From an uncultured delta proteobacterium (lineage in GTDB: Bacteria; Desulfobacterota; Syntrophia; Syntrophales; UBA2185), in the NCBI GenBank assembly GCA_963695875.1, contig CAVOID010000007.1, forward strand, positions 64,001-128,000: a stretch of 64,000 nt of DNA. Reading direction: 5' to 3'. Position 1 is the first letter of the stretch. The number at the start of each line of letters is the position of its first letter. This document shows, piece by piece, positions 30,735 through 40,983 of this stretch. The notes below the pieces were generated by a model. It was not told where the DNA came from. It searched no databases and saw nothing but the letters and a program-made list of their open reading frames with translations. The translations under genes were made by a program, and so were the position numbers.

Positions 30735-30818
30735 GGGAAGGACTCGTTTACCAAACACGTCACCGACGTAAACGCTGTGAAGAGTGCAAAGGATCGGATG
30801 CTCATAGATAATCCGAGT
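30735..30818 (+). pseudogene. Decayed 3' end of a triple-BON gene
   Basis: ACCAAACACGTCACCGACGTAAACGCTGTGAAGAGTG...CGGATG...TCCGAGT aligns with 17578..17648. Confidence 0.6.
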
Positions 30819-30904
30819 TGTAGACGAGATTGACAGCTCCTTGCCGGCTGTCTTAGGACTGCGCCAGCCGACGAAGAGCTTCAACAATCCGAAAAGGAAA
30901 TTAT

Positions 30905-31054
30905 ATGCTGTGGACGCTTGCTTTCATACTGATAGTTATGTGGCTGCTGGGGCTGCTGAGTGGCTATACGATGGGTAATTTTATTCATATCCTGCTGGTC
31001 ATCGCCATTATCATTGTGCTGGTCAGAGTCATTCAGTGGCGGAGACCCGGCTAG
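30905..31054 (+). CDS. lmo0937-family small membrane protein, copy 3
   Basis: MLWTLAFILIVMWLLGLLSGYTMGNFIHILLVIAIIIVLVRVIQWRRPG. Confidence 0.85.
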   Translation: MLWTLAFILIVMWLLGLLSGYTMGNFIHILLVIAIIIVLVRVIQWRRPG

Positions 31055-31094
31055 CTTTATGTGACAGCTACGGCTTTAAAGGAGGGATATCAAC

Positions 31095-32054
31095 ATGCTA
31101 CATGTTGTTTTTTCGATTGTGTTTGCTCTTCTGGCTTGTCCGGTCTATGCTGGGGAAATCCACTTTCTAGGCGGTTATGGGGTGACAAATAACCCCGTTC
31201 AGAATACCGGAGCATGGGAAGTCCGATACATGGAGGGGCTTGGCGAGAATTTCGCCTATAGTCTTTCGTATGTGAACCAGGGACACTTTATCTCGCACCA
31301 TCGAGACGGTACTGCCGCCAATCTATGGGTCCGCACAAATCAATTCCACAAGCAGCTATCACTGGCCGTCGGAGCCGGCCCCATATTCTATTATGACACC
31401 GTACGCCCTCCTGACGGAGCCCCTGCGGATGTTCACGGATGGGGGACCATGGTCAACCTGTTGGCAAGCTGGTACACAAAAAATCGTTGGATTTATCAAC
31501 TGCAAGGCTACTGGGTGAGGGGTGGCAACAGTTTCGATACCCTATCGGTGCTCGCCGGCATTGGCTACGAGCTCGACGCTCCACCCTCGCCAGGTCCTGA
31601 TGTCAAGGCGCCTCGCCAGACCGAGGAAACGACCAACAACGAACTGACAGTCCTGGGTGGTCAAACGGTCGTAAATCTCCCGGGTAATGGGAGTTCGACC
31701 GCAGGCAGCATTGAATACCGGCGAGGGATTTGGCGATACGTGGAGTGGACCGCAGGAGTGCTTTACGAGGGTAAAAGCTCCCTGATCGACCGGTATGGGC
31801 TGACCACCCAGATCTGGTTAGCAAAGCCCTTTTTCGATGACCGCCTGGCTCTCGGTGCCGGCTTTGGTTTTTATTTAGCCGAAGATAGCCTCCGTGAACA
31901 GCGCAATGGCGGATTTTTTTCCGAAATCGTCTCGATAACTGCCAGCTACCGAATCAGCCCACACTGGGACATACGAGGCACATGGGACCGGATCATCACG
32001 GATTATGACCGGGACTCCGACATTTTTCTCGCAGGTATCGGTTACCGGTTTTAA
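31095..32054 (+). CDS. Putative outer-membrane beta-barrel protein, copy 2 (intact)
   Basis: Signal peptide, alternating aromatic strands, C-terminal GIGYRF. Confidence 0.78.
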   Translation: MLHVVFSIVFALLACPVYAGEIHFLGGYGVTNNPVQNTGAWEVRYMEGLGENFAYSLSYVNQGHFISHHRDGTAANLWVRTNQFHKQLSLAVGAGPIFYYDTVRPPDGAPADVHGWGTMVNLLASWYTKNRWIYQLQGYWVRGGNSFDTLSVLAGIGYELDAPPSPGPDVKAPRQTEETTNNELTVLGGQTVVNLPGNGSSTAGSIEYRRGIWRYVEWTAGVLYEGKSSLIDRYGLTTQIWLAKPFFDDRLALGAGFGFYLAEDSLREQRNGGFFSEIVSITASYRISPHWDIRGTWDRIITDYDRDSDIFLAGIGYRF

Positions 32055-32195
32055 AGTTTGCCTTTCCTATCTCCACGCTCGTGGCAAGGACTCCTGATTT
32101 CTAACTGGCCAAAGTGTCGGCAAACTTTTTGAGCATCGTGATACCGTTTCATTGTTGTATAAACAAAAAACAAATTCTTATCAAAGGAGGGGGCG

Positions 32196-32369
32196 ATGAA
32201 GAGAATCATTATGTTGGCAATGGTTTTAGTGATGATGCTTGTATCTATTGGAGGATGTTGGGTAGGGTGGGAAGACAGGGGTGGAAGAGGTGGAGGACAT
32301 GAAAGGGAAGGAGGTCATGACGGGGATAGAGGTCATGACAGGGATCGGGGGCATGAGGAACGACGTTAG
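32196..32369 (+). CDS. Small Gly/His/Arg-rich lipopeptide, copy 3 (not in ORF track)
   Basis: MKRIIMLAMVLVMMLVSIGGCWVGWEDRGGRGGGHEREGGHDGDRGHDRDRGHEERR. Confidence 0.8.
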   Translation: MKRIIMLAMVLVMMLVSIGGCWVGWEDRGGRGGGHEREGGHDGDRGHDRDRGHEERR

Positions 32370-32451
32370 GAAAGAAGATGAGGGCGGAGAGGATCACTAC
32401 AATACTGGTTACATGAGGTTAAATTGGGCAGGGAACATAAAAGCATGGGCA

Positions 32452-32572
32452 AATTGAATCCGGCAGCGAGCGCAAACAACTTCGCTTGCTGCGGGGTGAG
32501 CCAGCGAATGGGGAACATTATTATTCCTTGTGGATCGAAGATTCTCCGCAGCTTGCTGCGGAGAGCTTCAAT
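32452..32572 (-). mobile_element. ~120-bp hairpin miniature element, copy 2
   Basis: Reverse complement of 35081..35199; ATTGAA...TTCAAT ends; CTCCGCAGC-TT-GCTGCGGAG hairpin. Confidence 0.8.
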
Positions 32573-32691
32573 CTGCGCAGTTAAATATATCGCATATGTA
32601 GGACGTTTTTAGTTTGCGAAAGTTGAGTAATTTGGTTTATAATCTCTTAGCGCTGCAAGCACTAAAGATTAAACTTATAAGGAGACAGATC

Positions 32692-33174
32692 ATGAAACTC
32701 AAGGCTTATCAAGTTGCTTTTCCAGTTACACTCGTTGTTGTGATGGTGGCGTTTCTATGCACTATCTTTTTCGCCAATGCAAATCTTTCTTTTGCAGCCT
32801 CAGGCAAGAAGAAACCGTCGGCAGTTGCTAGAACATCTGCTGTCGACTATACTGAGGCCCAGATCAAACAGCTTCAAGGCGCACTAAATATCACCGAGGC
32901 CCAAAAAGAATTATGGGATAACCTTACTCAGGTGATGCGGGAAAATGCGAAAGAAATGGACGCCCTTACCAAGGAAAGGGCTGAAACAACTAAGCCCATG
33001 AACGCTGTCGAGCATATGAAATTCCACAGTCAAATTACCGAAGCCCATTTAGATCAACTGAACAAGTTAATCCCGCCTTTCGAGGCGTTCTATGCCAGTA
33101 TGTCGGATGAACAGAAGAAGATTACCGATACAGTATTCCGGACAGGGAAACATGGAAAACACAAGAGGAAATGA
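32692..33174 (+). CDS. Spy/CpxP (LTXXQ)-like periplasmic protein, copy 2 (intact)
   Basis: LNITEAQKELW and MSDEQKK motifs; AAGGAG RBS. Confidence 0.82.
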   Translation: MKLKAYQVAFPVTLVVVMVAFLCTIFFANANLSFAASGKKKPSAVARTSAVDYTEAQIKQLQGALNITEAQKELWDNLTQVMRENAKEMDALTKERAETTKPMNAVEHMKFHSQITEAHLDQLNKLIPPFEAFYASMSDEQKKITDTVFRTGKHGKHKRK

Positions 33175-33246
33175 TCGGTAATATTATACAAGTAAAGATT
33201 GGTGCCAAACATGTCATTGGAATCGATCCAAGAATGGAGTGACTTT

Positions 33247-33567
33247 ATGAAAACATCAAGTACATTGAATTTTAGATCCATAGTGGGCAAGATTATGATG
33301 GGGCTTGTTTTAGCCGCAATGATCGGCAGTATAGACGTGGCGCCGGCCCTCGGCAAAGATGACCATGAACGTAATGGAAGACATGACAATGGCCGTTACG
33401 AGCAAAGAGGACGCGGGTATGACCGCGAGCGCCATGTGCAAAGCAGGCCGTATGGCTACTATGGCCACCGGGAGCGAGTCTATTATCCACCCCCGCGGGT
33501 CATCTATGAACCGCCACCGCCACCGGGTATAAGTATTTTTTTCCCGCCCATCTTTATTCGTCCCTAA
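33247..33567 (+). CDS. Secreted Arg/Tyr/Pro-rich small protein, copy 2
   Basis: Signal peptide; ends PPPPPGISIFFPPIFIRP. Confidence 0.75.
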   Translation: MKTSSTLNFRSIVGKIMMGLVLAAMIGSIDVAPALGKDDHERNGRHDNGRYEQRGRGYDRERHVQSRPYGYYGHRERVYYPPPRVIYEPPPPPGISIFFPPIFIRP

Positions 33568-33664
33568 GGGGATTGCTTCGCGTCGGCTGCCCAGTGTTCA
33601 AGCTGAGTTGATCTGGGCGGCTGTCGCAAGTAAATAACAAGCTGATCTCTGCCAAGGAGGGATA

Positions 33665-34129
33665 ATGACAAGAAGAGAAATTGTTGTTTTCCTGCTTCTT
33701 ACTACAAGCCTATTATCGGGATGCGCTGTCCTTGGGTTGATTCCATTCATTCCAGTAATAGGCGGATCCTACCAGGGTTATACTGTCTGGAAGGGTCGTG
33801 AGTCGTCAAAATATTACACACATGATAGCAAAACTGTCTGTCAGGCAGTAAAGCAATCCTGTGAACAGCTGATACTTGAAACAGTGATTCAAAACCCGGT
33901 TTCAGAGAATGGATGTTCTCTGGAGACAAAGGGAAATTATCCTATGGAGATTAACGTTTCACATGTTGAAAAGAATCTCACCAAGGTCGTCATCACCATA
34001 GCCCTGTTCGGGGATAAGCAATACGCTGAATTGTTATACAGGACTATCGACGATAATATCCCTAAGAAGATGGATATTATCCCACCGACGACAGATAATA
34101 TCCATGAGACCACAACGAGTGATAAATAA
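33665..34129 (+). CDS. Lipoprotein (possibly DUF3568-like)
   Basis: LSGC lipobox; TKVVITIALFGDKQYAELL. Confidence 0.65.
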   Translation: MTRREIVVFLLLTTSLLSGCAVLGLIPFIPVIGGSYQGYTVWKGRESSKYYTHDSKTVCQAVKQSCEQLILETVIQNPVSENGCSLETKGNYPMEINVSHVEKNLTKVVITIALFGDKQYAELLYRTIDDNIPKKMDIIPPTTDNIHETTTSDK

Positions 34130-34211
34130 TCAACAGCAAATTAGCATCCTCGGTAAGTCTTACTATGCCTCCCGCCGTGGCGAGGAGTACGCAGGAGAGG
34201 GGCCGTATCGG

Positions 34212-34625
34212 TCATGAATGGTCGCCCTGTCGAGTATCTAAACGCTGCCAGCGCTGCAGTTCTTGCTTTTCCGCGAATTTTCCTCGGATGAACCTGGCGG
34301 CAAAATCAGGATGCCCGAAGTAACCGGGCGCCATGTCCAAAAACCTATCCTGCATGTCCTTGAGGATTTTGGGGGCCTCCGTTGCGGCAATAAAGTTGCG
34401 CTCGTCTTTGTGGGAGAAGATAATTTCGTCCCCCAACGCCTCCTTGACCTGGTCGGCTTGCCCTCGCAGCTCCGGCGGCAGGGTGTCGGGCCGAATCGGA
34501 ATGGCGATCCGGACCTCCAGGAGCACGAACCAGCGGTCGCCGGCTATCGGCCGGGAGTAGTCCCAAAACTCCAGGGTCAGGCCGTTATTGAGAGGATGCC
34601 GGGACATTAATCTTTCCGAGTTCAT
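34212..34625 (-). CDS. Hypothetical protein (GC-rich)
   Basis: 137-aa ORF; LEFWDYSRPIAGDRW...ERNFI...YFGHPDF. Confidence 0.7.
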   Translation of the reverse strand: MNSERLMSRHPLNNGLTLEFWDYSRPIAGDRWFVLLEVRIAIPIRPDTLPPELRGQADQVKEALGDEIIFSHKDERNFIAATEAPKILKDMQDRFLDMAPGYFGHPDFAARFIRGKFAEKQELQRWQRLDTRQGDHS

Positions 34626-35080
34626 TGCCGAACTATAACCCCGAGATTATGCGGCCACTGTGGCCACCGCAGTCCATGCAGAAAGCAGCAATTAATCCAA
34701 GTACTATTTGTCTGCGCCAAAACAGTTTTCATAAGAAAACATCCTTGTGTTTGTAAAAAAGCATGTGCTGGTTGACTTCGTGGTTACTTGTGGATTGGAT
34801 GAAATCCCCCAAAGGAGGACAGCCGCTTTGGAGGCATCATACAGGCACCTTACAGAAATTACTTCTCATAACTTCCTCTATAAGGTTAAGGGTTACGTTG
34901 TAAGTATAACGCAGGATTAGAGGGGAAGTTATATTTGTAAAAATACGCTCAAATGATTTAACCGTCAAGGGAAAAACTTCTTCGGGGAATTACTCCTCTT
35001 GCTGATTATCACTTGATGTGATGTATAAAAAGGCAGAAATTGAAAAACATCATTACAGGAAGCAGTTGAATATCAGACCT

Positions 35081-35199
35081 AATTGAAGCTCTCCGCAGTA
35101 AACTGCGGAGAATCTCCGATCCATAAGGAATAATAATGTTCCCCATTCGCTCGCTTACCCCGCAGCAAGCTTAGGGATTGCGCTCGCTGCCGGATTCAT
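35081..35199 (+). mobile_element. ~120-bp hairpin miniature element, copy 3
   Basis: AATTGAAGCTCTCCGCAGTAAACTGCGGAGAATC...GCCGGATTCAT; ends ~14 nt before the EamA start. Confidence 0.8.
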
Positions 35200-35213
35200 A
35201 TAAATGATTCAAC

Positions 35214-36089
35214 ATGGAAAATGTATGGATACTACTGGCGTTGATTGCCGCCCTCACTGGCGGAACTTGTGATGCCCTTACAAAGAAGGCTTTACAGCTT
35301 CATGATGAATACACAGTCGCATGGTTACGCCAACTGGTTGTTGTCCTGCTTCTCTCGCCATGCCTCTTCTTTATTCCGATCCCGGCACTGGATGGAGATT
35401 TTTATAAAGCGTTCTTCTCCGCATTGCCTTTTGAAGTAATTGCATATATCTTTTACATTAAAGCAATTAAAATATCCCCCCTCAGCCTTACGGTGCCGTT
35501 TCTGTCTTTAACACCTGTCTGTCTGATCATTATACCTTACATCATGTTGGGAGAATTAGTATCTTTCTGGGGTGGCATCGGCATACTGATGATTGCTTTC
35601 GGAAGTTATACTCTGAATCTGAAAGAAATGAGCAAAGGATTTATGGAACCGATTAAGGCCATCGGGAAAGAAAAGGGTTCCGTCTTTATGATCATCGTCG
35701 CCATCCTTTATGGATTCACCAACACTTTTGGTAAACATGCTCTTAACCATTCATCTGCACTTTTTTTCGGGGTTACATACAATTTGGTATTTTTCATTGT
35801 GCTAAGCCCGGTCATTTTCAAGGTTGGCAACATCTATTCACGTGGCTGCATCTGCAAAGAGTCTTTGAAAATCTCTGTTCTACCCGGAATCTTCGCAGCC
35901 ATAACTGTGATCTTCTATACCATTGCCATGAGTCTGGCTAATGTGGCCTACACGGTCGCTGTTTGTCGGCTAAGTCTCCTGGTCGGTGTGATCTACGGTC
36001 ATTTTCTCTTTAAGGAAACGGGCTTCAGAGAAAGACTGGTAGGCACGACTCTAATGCTTGCTGGATTTTTGATCATTGTGCTGGACTAA
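35214..36089 (+). CDS. EamA/DMT family transporter
   Basis: About 10 TM segments; AIKISPLSLTVPF and GHFLFKE motifs. Confidence 0.88.
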   Translation: MENVWILLALIAALTGGTCDALTKKALQLHDEYTVAWLRQLVVVLLLSPCLFFIPIPALDGDFYKAFFSALPFEVIAYIFYIKAIKISPLSLTVPFLSLTPVCLIIIPYIMLGELVSFWGGIGILMIAFGSYTLNLKEMSKGFMEPIKAIGKEKGSVFMIIVAILYGFTNTFGKHALNHSSALFFGVTYNLVFFIVLSPVIFKVGNIYSRGCICKESLKISVLPGIFAAITVIFYTIAMSLANVAYTVAVCRLSLLVGVIYGHFLFKETGFRERLVGTTLMLAGFLIIVLD

Positions 36090-36161
36090 TGTTGACTGAG
36101 ACAGGAAACAATTCTGCACTAGAAAAAAAATGAACGATGCCGCAAATAGTTTCATTGAAGA

Positions 36162-36515
36162 TTATTCAAACAATATAATAGCAATAAGCTCAAGGTCTTT
36201 ATCTCCATTGTTTTCAACAGAATGAAACTCGCCATTGCCGGTACGAACCACATCACCTTTTCTTACTGTTACTCTGATACCATTATCATTTAGAATGCCT
36301 TCTCCTTCGAGGATATAGTACAGCTCAAAATCCCCCTCGTGTTTATGATATCCTATGGAATGTCCGGGGGCTATAACCTCTCTTACACAGAGCCGTCCCT
36401 TTCCCGACAATTCATCTTTTTCAAGCAGATGGAATAACTTTATGTTTCCTTTTCCTCCCTTCATTTCATGCATATGTTCTTCTCTTGTCTCATTTTTCCT
36501 TCTAATCATCTTCAC
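36162..36515 (-). CDS. Cupin domain protein
   Basis: GYHKHEGDFELYYILEGEG...GEFHSVEN. Confidence 0.88.
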   Translation of the reverse strand: MKMIRRKNETREEHMHEMKGGKGNIKLFHLLEKDELSGKGRLCVREVIAPGHSIGYHKHEGDFELYYILEGEGILNDNGIRVTVRKGDVVRTGNGEFHSVENNGDKDLELIAIILFE

Positions 36516-36569
36516 ATCACCTCTACCTTTCTATGGCAATTTTTTTACTAAATGGATTGGTATGCACCC

Positions 36570-36765
36570 TTATCGGGCGGCTCTTCACGCGAGGGTGCTG
36601 ATCATGGGCTGGCTGCTTGGACTTGCTTCAAGCACATTCGGAATTGCCGCCTCCTATAAATGGGATCTGCCGGTGGCTCCGGTCATCGTTGCTTCATTAA
36701 GTATACTTTTTTCAGTGGTTCTATTTGTCATATCAATATTCCGAAAGACCCAACAGTCGGACTGA
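36570..36765 (+). pseudogene. C-terminal fragment of a ZnuB/ABC-3 metal permease
   Basis: GWLLGLASSTFGIAASYKWDLPVAPVIV matches the SYxxDLPxGPxIV end motif; the rest of the gene is absent. Confidence 0.55.
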
Positions 36766-36854
36766 AGGATTAAAGATTGCCAGTTGTGATGTTGAATGGA
36801 TGAGCTGCATCGAACGTGGGACACGACAGAAAGAAGCCGCTGAAACCCTATTTG

Positions 36855-37523
36855 TTATTTTTTCGTCATTTCCAGCAATCTGCGTCGATATAAGTAAACC
36901 AATAAATAAAAGACAGCTACGAGGCCCAAAATTATGAAAAGGACCACGATCCGCATGGTTCTGACACTATCTCCCGTCAGGGAAAGTAAAATGGTCCCGA
37001 ATAACCGGCCAACGGTCGAAACAGCTATAAATATCCAGATATTCATCTGGCTTAAACCTATTATGTAACAAAGTGCGGCTTTAGGAAACCCGGGAATCAG
37101 AAAAAGAACAAAGCAAACTAAAGGACCCCGCGCTTCTATGAAGTGATCATACCTCTCAATAATTGAAGGGTTTACGAGCCTTCTTACGAGCGGCATTCCG
37201 TATACCCGCGAGAGGATAAAGGCTAACCATGAACCAATACTAAGACCAATTGTGGAATAGATTGTCCCGACTACGGGACCATAGAGATAGCCACCGATGA
37301 ATCCGGAGATTTCGGCAGGTATTGCTCCCGCGACCAATACCTGGAAAATTTGGATAACAATGAAAACAAGATCATCATATGGATGAAAAGATTCAATGAA
37401 GGCGACCAGTTTTTGATTATAATATGTAAAGTATGCGTAATAATGATAACTGAAGATTAGTTTAATACCGATGACCAAAAGCAATATTAGAATAAAAATC
37501 TTGATGATGAGGCGTTTATTCAA
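36855..37523 (-). CDS. TVP38/TMEM64 (VTT/DedA) family membrane protein
   Basis: GGYLYGPVVGTIYSTIG; LFLIPGFP; VGRL. Confidence 0.85.
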   Translation of the reverse strand: MNKRLIIKIFILILLLVIGIKLIFSYHYYAYFTYYNQKLVAFIESFHPYDDLVFIVIQIFQVLVAGAIPAEISGFIGGYLYGPVVGTIYSTIGLSIGSWLAFILSRVYGMPLVRRLVNPSIIERYDHFIEARGPLVCFVLFLIPGFPKAALCYIIGLSQMNIWIFIAVSTVGRLFGTILLSLTGDSVRTMRIVVLFIILGLVAVFYLLVYLYRRRLLEMTKK

Positions 37524-37644
37524 CAGGTTTGTCCATGCATTTTGTTCATCGGATGTTCTGTCTTACAGCGACACAGTGGATAAAATAAGGGGCATGGATG
37601 AACTTTTTACTATCGAACATGCCCCTAAACCAAACCGTATATTA

Positions 37645-37836
37645 TTATTTGTTTTCGCTTTTTTTAGCCTCTGAGGTGTCCTCCGGTATATGTTCCCGCT
37701 CATCCATGGCCTTTTTGAAACCCCTTATGGCCTTGCCGATAGAGTTCCCCAATTCAGGAAGTTTACCTGGACCAAAAATAATCAGGACGATAACCAGTAT
37801 CACCAAAAGATGCATTGGTTGGAGAAGCCCACTCAT
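37645..37836 (-). CDS. tatA: Twin-arginine translocase TatA/E
   Basis: [25 protein letters not shown]. Confidence 0.93.
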   Translation of the reverse strand: MSGLLQPMHLLVILVIVLIIFGPGKLPELGNSIGKAIRGFKKAMDEREHIPEDTSEAKKSENK

Positions 37837-37967
37837 TTTTGCCTCCTATGATAGTTTGTTAGACGCTTTTATAACATTTTCCTTGCACCGTCAAACTATC
37901 ATGTTTGTCAAAAGGCCTGTAAAATTTCCGCATGAAAAGACATAGTTCTGATTAATAGAAATCAATT

Positions 37968-40901
37968 CTATTCAGCAAAAGGCTTTTCAGTGGCTGCCCG
38001 GGCCGCGGCTTCGAGGACAATTGCCACCACAGCAGCCCCATAATCAAGGTCAATGTTTGCCACCGTATCATGACTGTCATGATATCCTTTACGGCTGATG
38101 TCATAATCTTCCATGAAAAGAACTACCGGTATACCCGCATCCGAGAAAATCTGGGCGTCGGTATTATAAAGAGTACTCTTGGGATCACAAGGCAAACGAA
38201 TTTCGCCATCAAGTTTCAGGTGTGACGCAATTTCCGGGACCGTCTTTCCATCGGAACTTCGTTTTCCTCGAGTACATCTGCGACGGGACGGCCTCACATT
38301 CCAAATATCAGTAGAGGCGTTCCATAGTTCGTTGGCCACATGGGCTTGATAGGCTAACCACAATGATCCCGCCCCCATTCCCGGAGATATTTGAAATTTG
38401 TCACGTTCACTGTCATTGTTATGTGCAACCATATCAAGAATAAACACGCCCTGAATTTGAACACCTGACAGATCTTTTTCTCTATCTTTTGATAAGCGTA
38501 ATTTCAATGTACCCTCTATAATCTGTTGGCAGAGATTGCGTGCCCCGAGACAGTCTGATGGAAATTCCTCGCCGGTCAAATGAATAAGCCAGATGTCGCA
38601 GCCGAGCTTTCCCTCCCGGCTGAGTTCGCAAAAGATCGGAGCGGCACGCATCAGCGCAGCGGTTGCGGAGTGGTTATCATCTGCCCCGGCCGACGCAAGA
38701 CGCGCGCCGGAACCACCTTGTTCCTTATAATAAATATCTTCCATGTATGCCGTGTCATAATGATCCGCCATGATAACCGCACGATGGCGATCACGTCCTG
38801 GAATCACCATTAGGAGATTACGTTCCTCAAGCCGTCCCAGCTGGTTATTTGCCCAACCTCCCCACCAGTCAAAGTCAAAATCAGTTTTCCATCGGAAAGG
38901 CAGGTCTCCGACTAGTGCCTTTCCCTGCATTCCGCATTCAGCGATGACCCGCCTATAGTAGGTAAGCAAGTAATTCCCAAGTCCTTCCAGGTCTCGATGA
39001 TGATGCTTCAACATCCTTTGAGTAACAGTGTCCAGGATGCAGTCAGAATTGGCTTTATTCGTATATTCACCTGTCGACAGATGAAGGATATCCCTCCAAT
39101 ATCTCACTTCAAAAGAACGAACAGCGGTACGGATAAAAGTCAGCGAGGACAGCAGTCTTTTTCTTCCCGAAATTGGCAGATTCGGCTTTTTGTGTTCGAT
39201 CTGATCCTGCAATTGATTGGCGAGCATTTGACCTTTTTCTTTATTGCCCGCAATCTCCGGCAAAGATTTGAGCCATGCATCAAGAGTCCTATTTTCCGGC
39301 AGCATCAATATCTGTCTTGCAAAAGTGCAAGGAAGCTTTCTATTGCCGATGAGGTCGTGCGCTTCCAACAGATTCAGCGCTCTTGTAACTGTCTTTTGCT
39401 CATGTTTTTTATCTTTGAAAAGTTCAATGACGGCCATGTGTGTGTTTCGTTCGTAAAGGCTCGGCCAGAGTTCGATTGGATTATCTAAATCAACACGCTG
39501 CTTCGCGTTATAGGCGGTAAGATATCCCATAAGAGTGTCATGTAACACGGCCGGCTTATCCGTATTGTGGGGCATGTACGCTATGAGGGGGCGATGCCAG
39601 TAGACTTGGTATGATCCTATGCACATCGGCGGATATTGAAATCTGTATCCGAACATGCCACCTCGATTGACTGACTTGACGGCAGCATCAATTTCGGCTC
39701 TGGTCGCATCTGGGCCATCGAGCAATAGCTGATAGTCCTGAGTCCAGATCTGGCTGTTGCGCGCCATGGGCTTGCCGTACAGATCCAGGTCTTTTGGATT
39801 CGTGCTGAAAAGCACGTTGGCGATATGATCCTGACGTCCGGGAGTCGCAAGCTCATCTTCGTAACGGTGCACCTTTGCCCAGCGATGGGTTCGCCGGAAG
39901 GTACTTCTAATCGGTCCAAAATCTTCATTGGGCAAAGGATGGTCTTGCCGTGGTATATGCAGCCAACCGGATTGAGGCACACGAAGTCCATAAGGAGACT
40001 CATGACGCTCCACAAGATTCAACAAGGGAATCTGATTGGCCATCGCTAATTCACGCTGCATTTTGATATAACCGGGGACACCCCAAAAAAGCAAGCTACC
40101 CGGGAAAGGCAACAAGTTTAGTTCCCCCGCGAAATAAGCCCTTTTCAAATCCGCTGGAAGCAATCTCGAATGGTTCAAAGTTCAAGAGATATTTAACACC
40201 TTTCAGCGACATTCCCCGACGCCAGACCAAGGGCGCTGCCCAGACTGGCCGCAGATTATTGTGTGGATCATCATCCCCAACAAAAATGCGGAAGCCGGTA
40301 CGCATGGAGATCAGATAATTTATCGAAAGGTTCGCCGTAGGCAGCATGGAGAAGCGTTCTGATGAAATCCATTGCTCTTTCTGAGGGGAGCTCACTGCCG
40401 GTGGGCATGAAAGAAACTCTTCCAGAAAGGACGGACGGGCCCCTGTTCACTGCCGCCAAAGAATGTCCACCGTCTCCTGCCTTTGTCGTCATGGGTGAGG
40501 GAAAGAGCAAGTGGCAGAAGCAAAACGAAGCGTTCATGATTTAACGCTCCTGCCTGCTTCGCAAGCTCCGGGGGCCAGTAGGGATTATTGACTAGTTTGT
40601 TCTTGGCAAGGTGTTTAGTGGCTTCGCCGCGAGTCAGATGAACCAGAGACTCCAAAACCTGATGGGCGATATTTTCCAGCCCCGGGCGCAATTCGTAACA
40701 CTCTTCAAACTCTGTGACCGGGAAACCATAAGGGTTCTCTTCAGAGAAGAAGCCGTATGCCCTTCCACCATAAGGTCTGCAGCCCAAATGGATCGACGGC
40801 ATAAACTCCGAATAAGCTGCTATCGGATATTGCCCTTGTCCTCTGAACGAACAACTTTCTATTAGATTCTTCAAACCCAGGGGTGGCATGTTATTTTTCA
40901 T
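37968..40901 (-). CDS. Large M28-family metallopeptidase with long unknown N-terminal region (split by frameshifts at ~40395 and ~40180)
   Basis: ADHYDT, GADDNHSA, GEEFP, LDMVAH, YHDSHD; three abutting or overlapping ORFs. Confidence 0.75.
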
Positions 40902-40983
40902 GTGGCAACATTTGCAGATTGAAACTGGATCAACCCGGCAATGGATTGAAAGATGGGCTTGCAGGTGATTCGGTTTCCTGTAT

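Noticed and set aside
10100..34130. Integron or prophage explanation for the small-gene array
   Set aside because: No tyrosine integrase, attC-like sites or phage genes recognised
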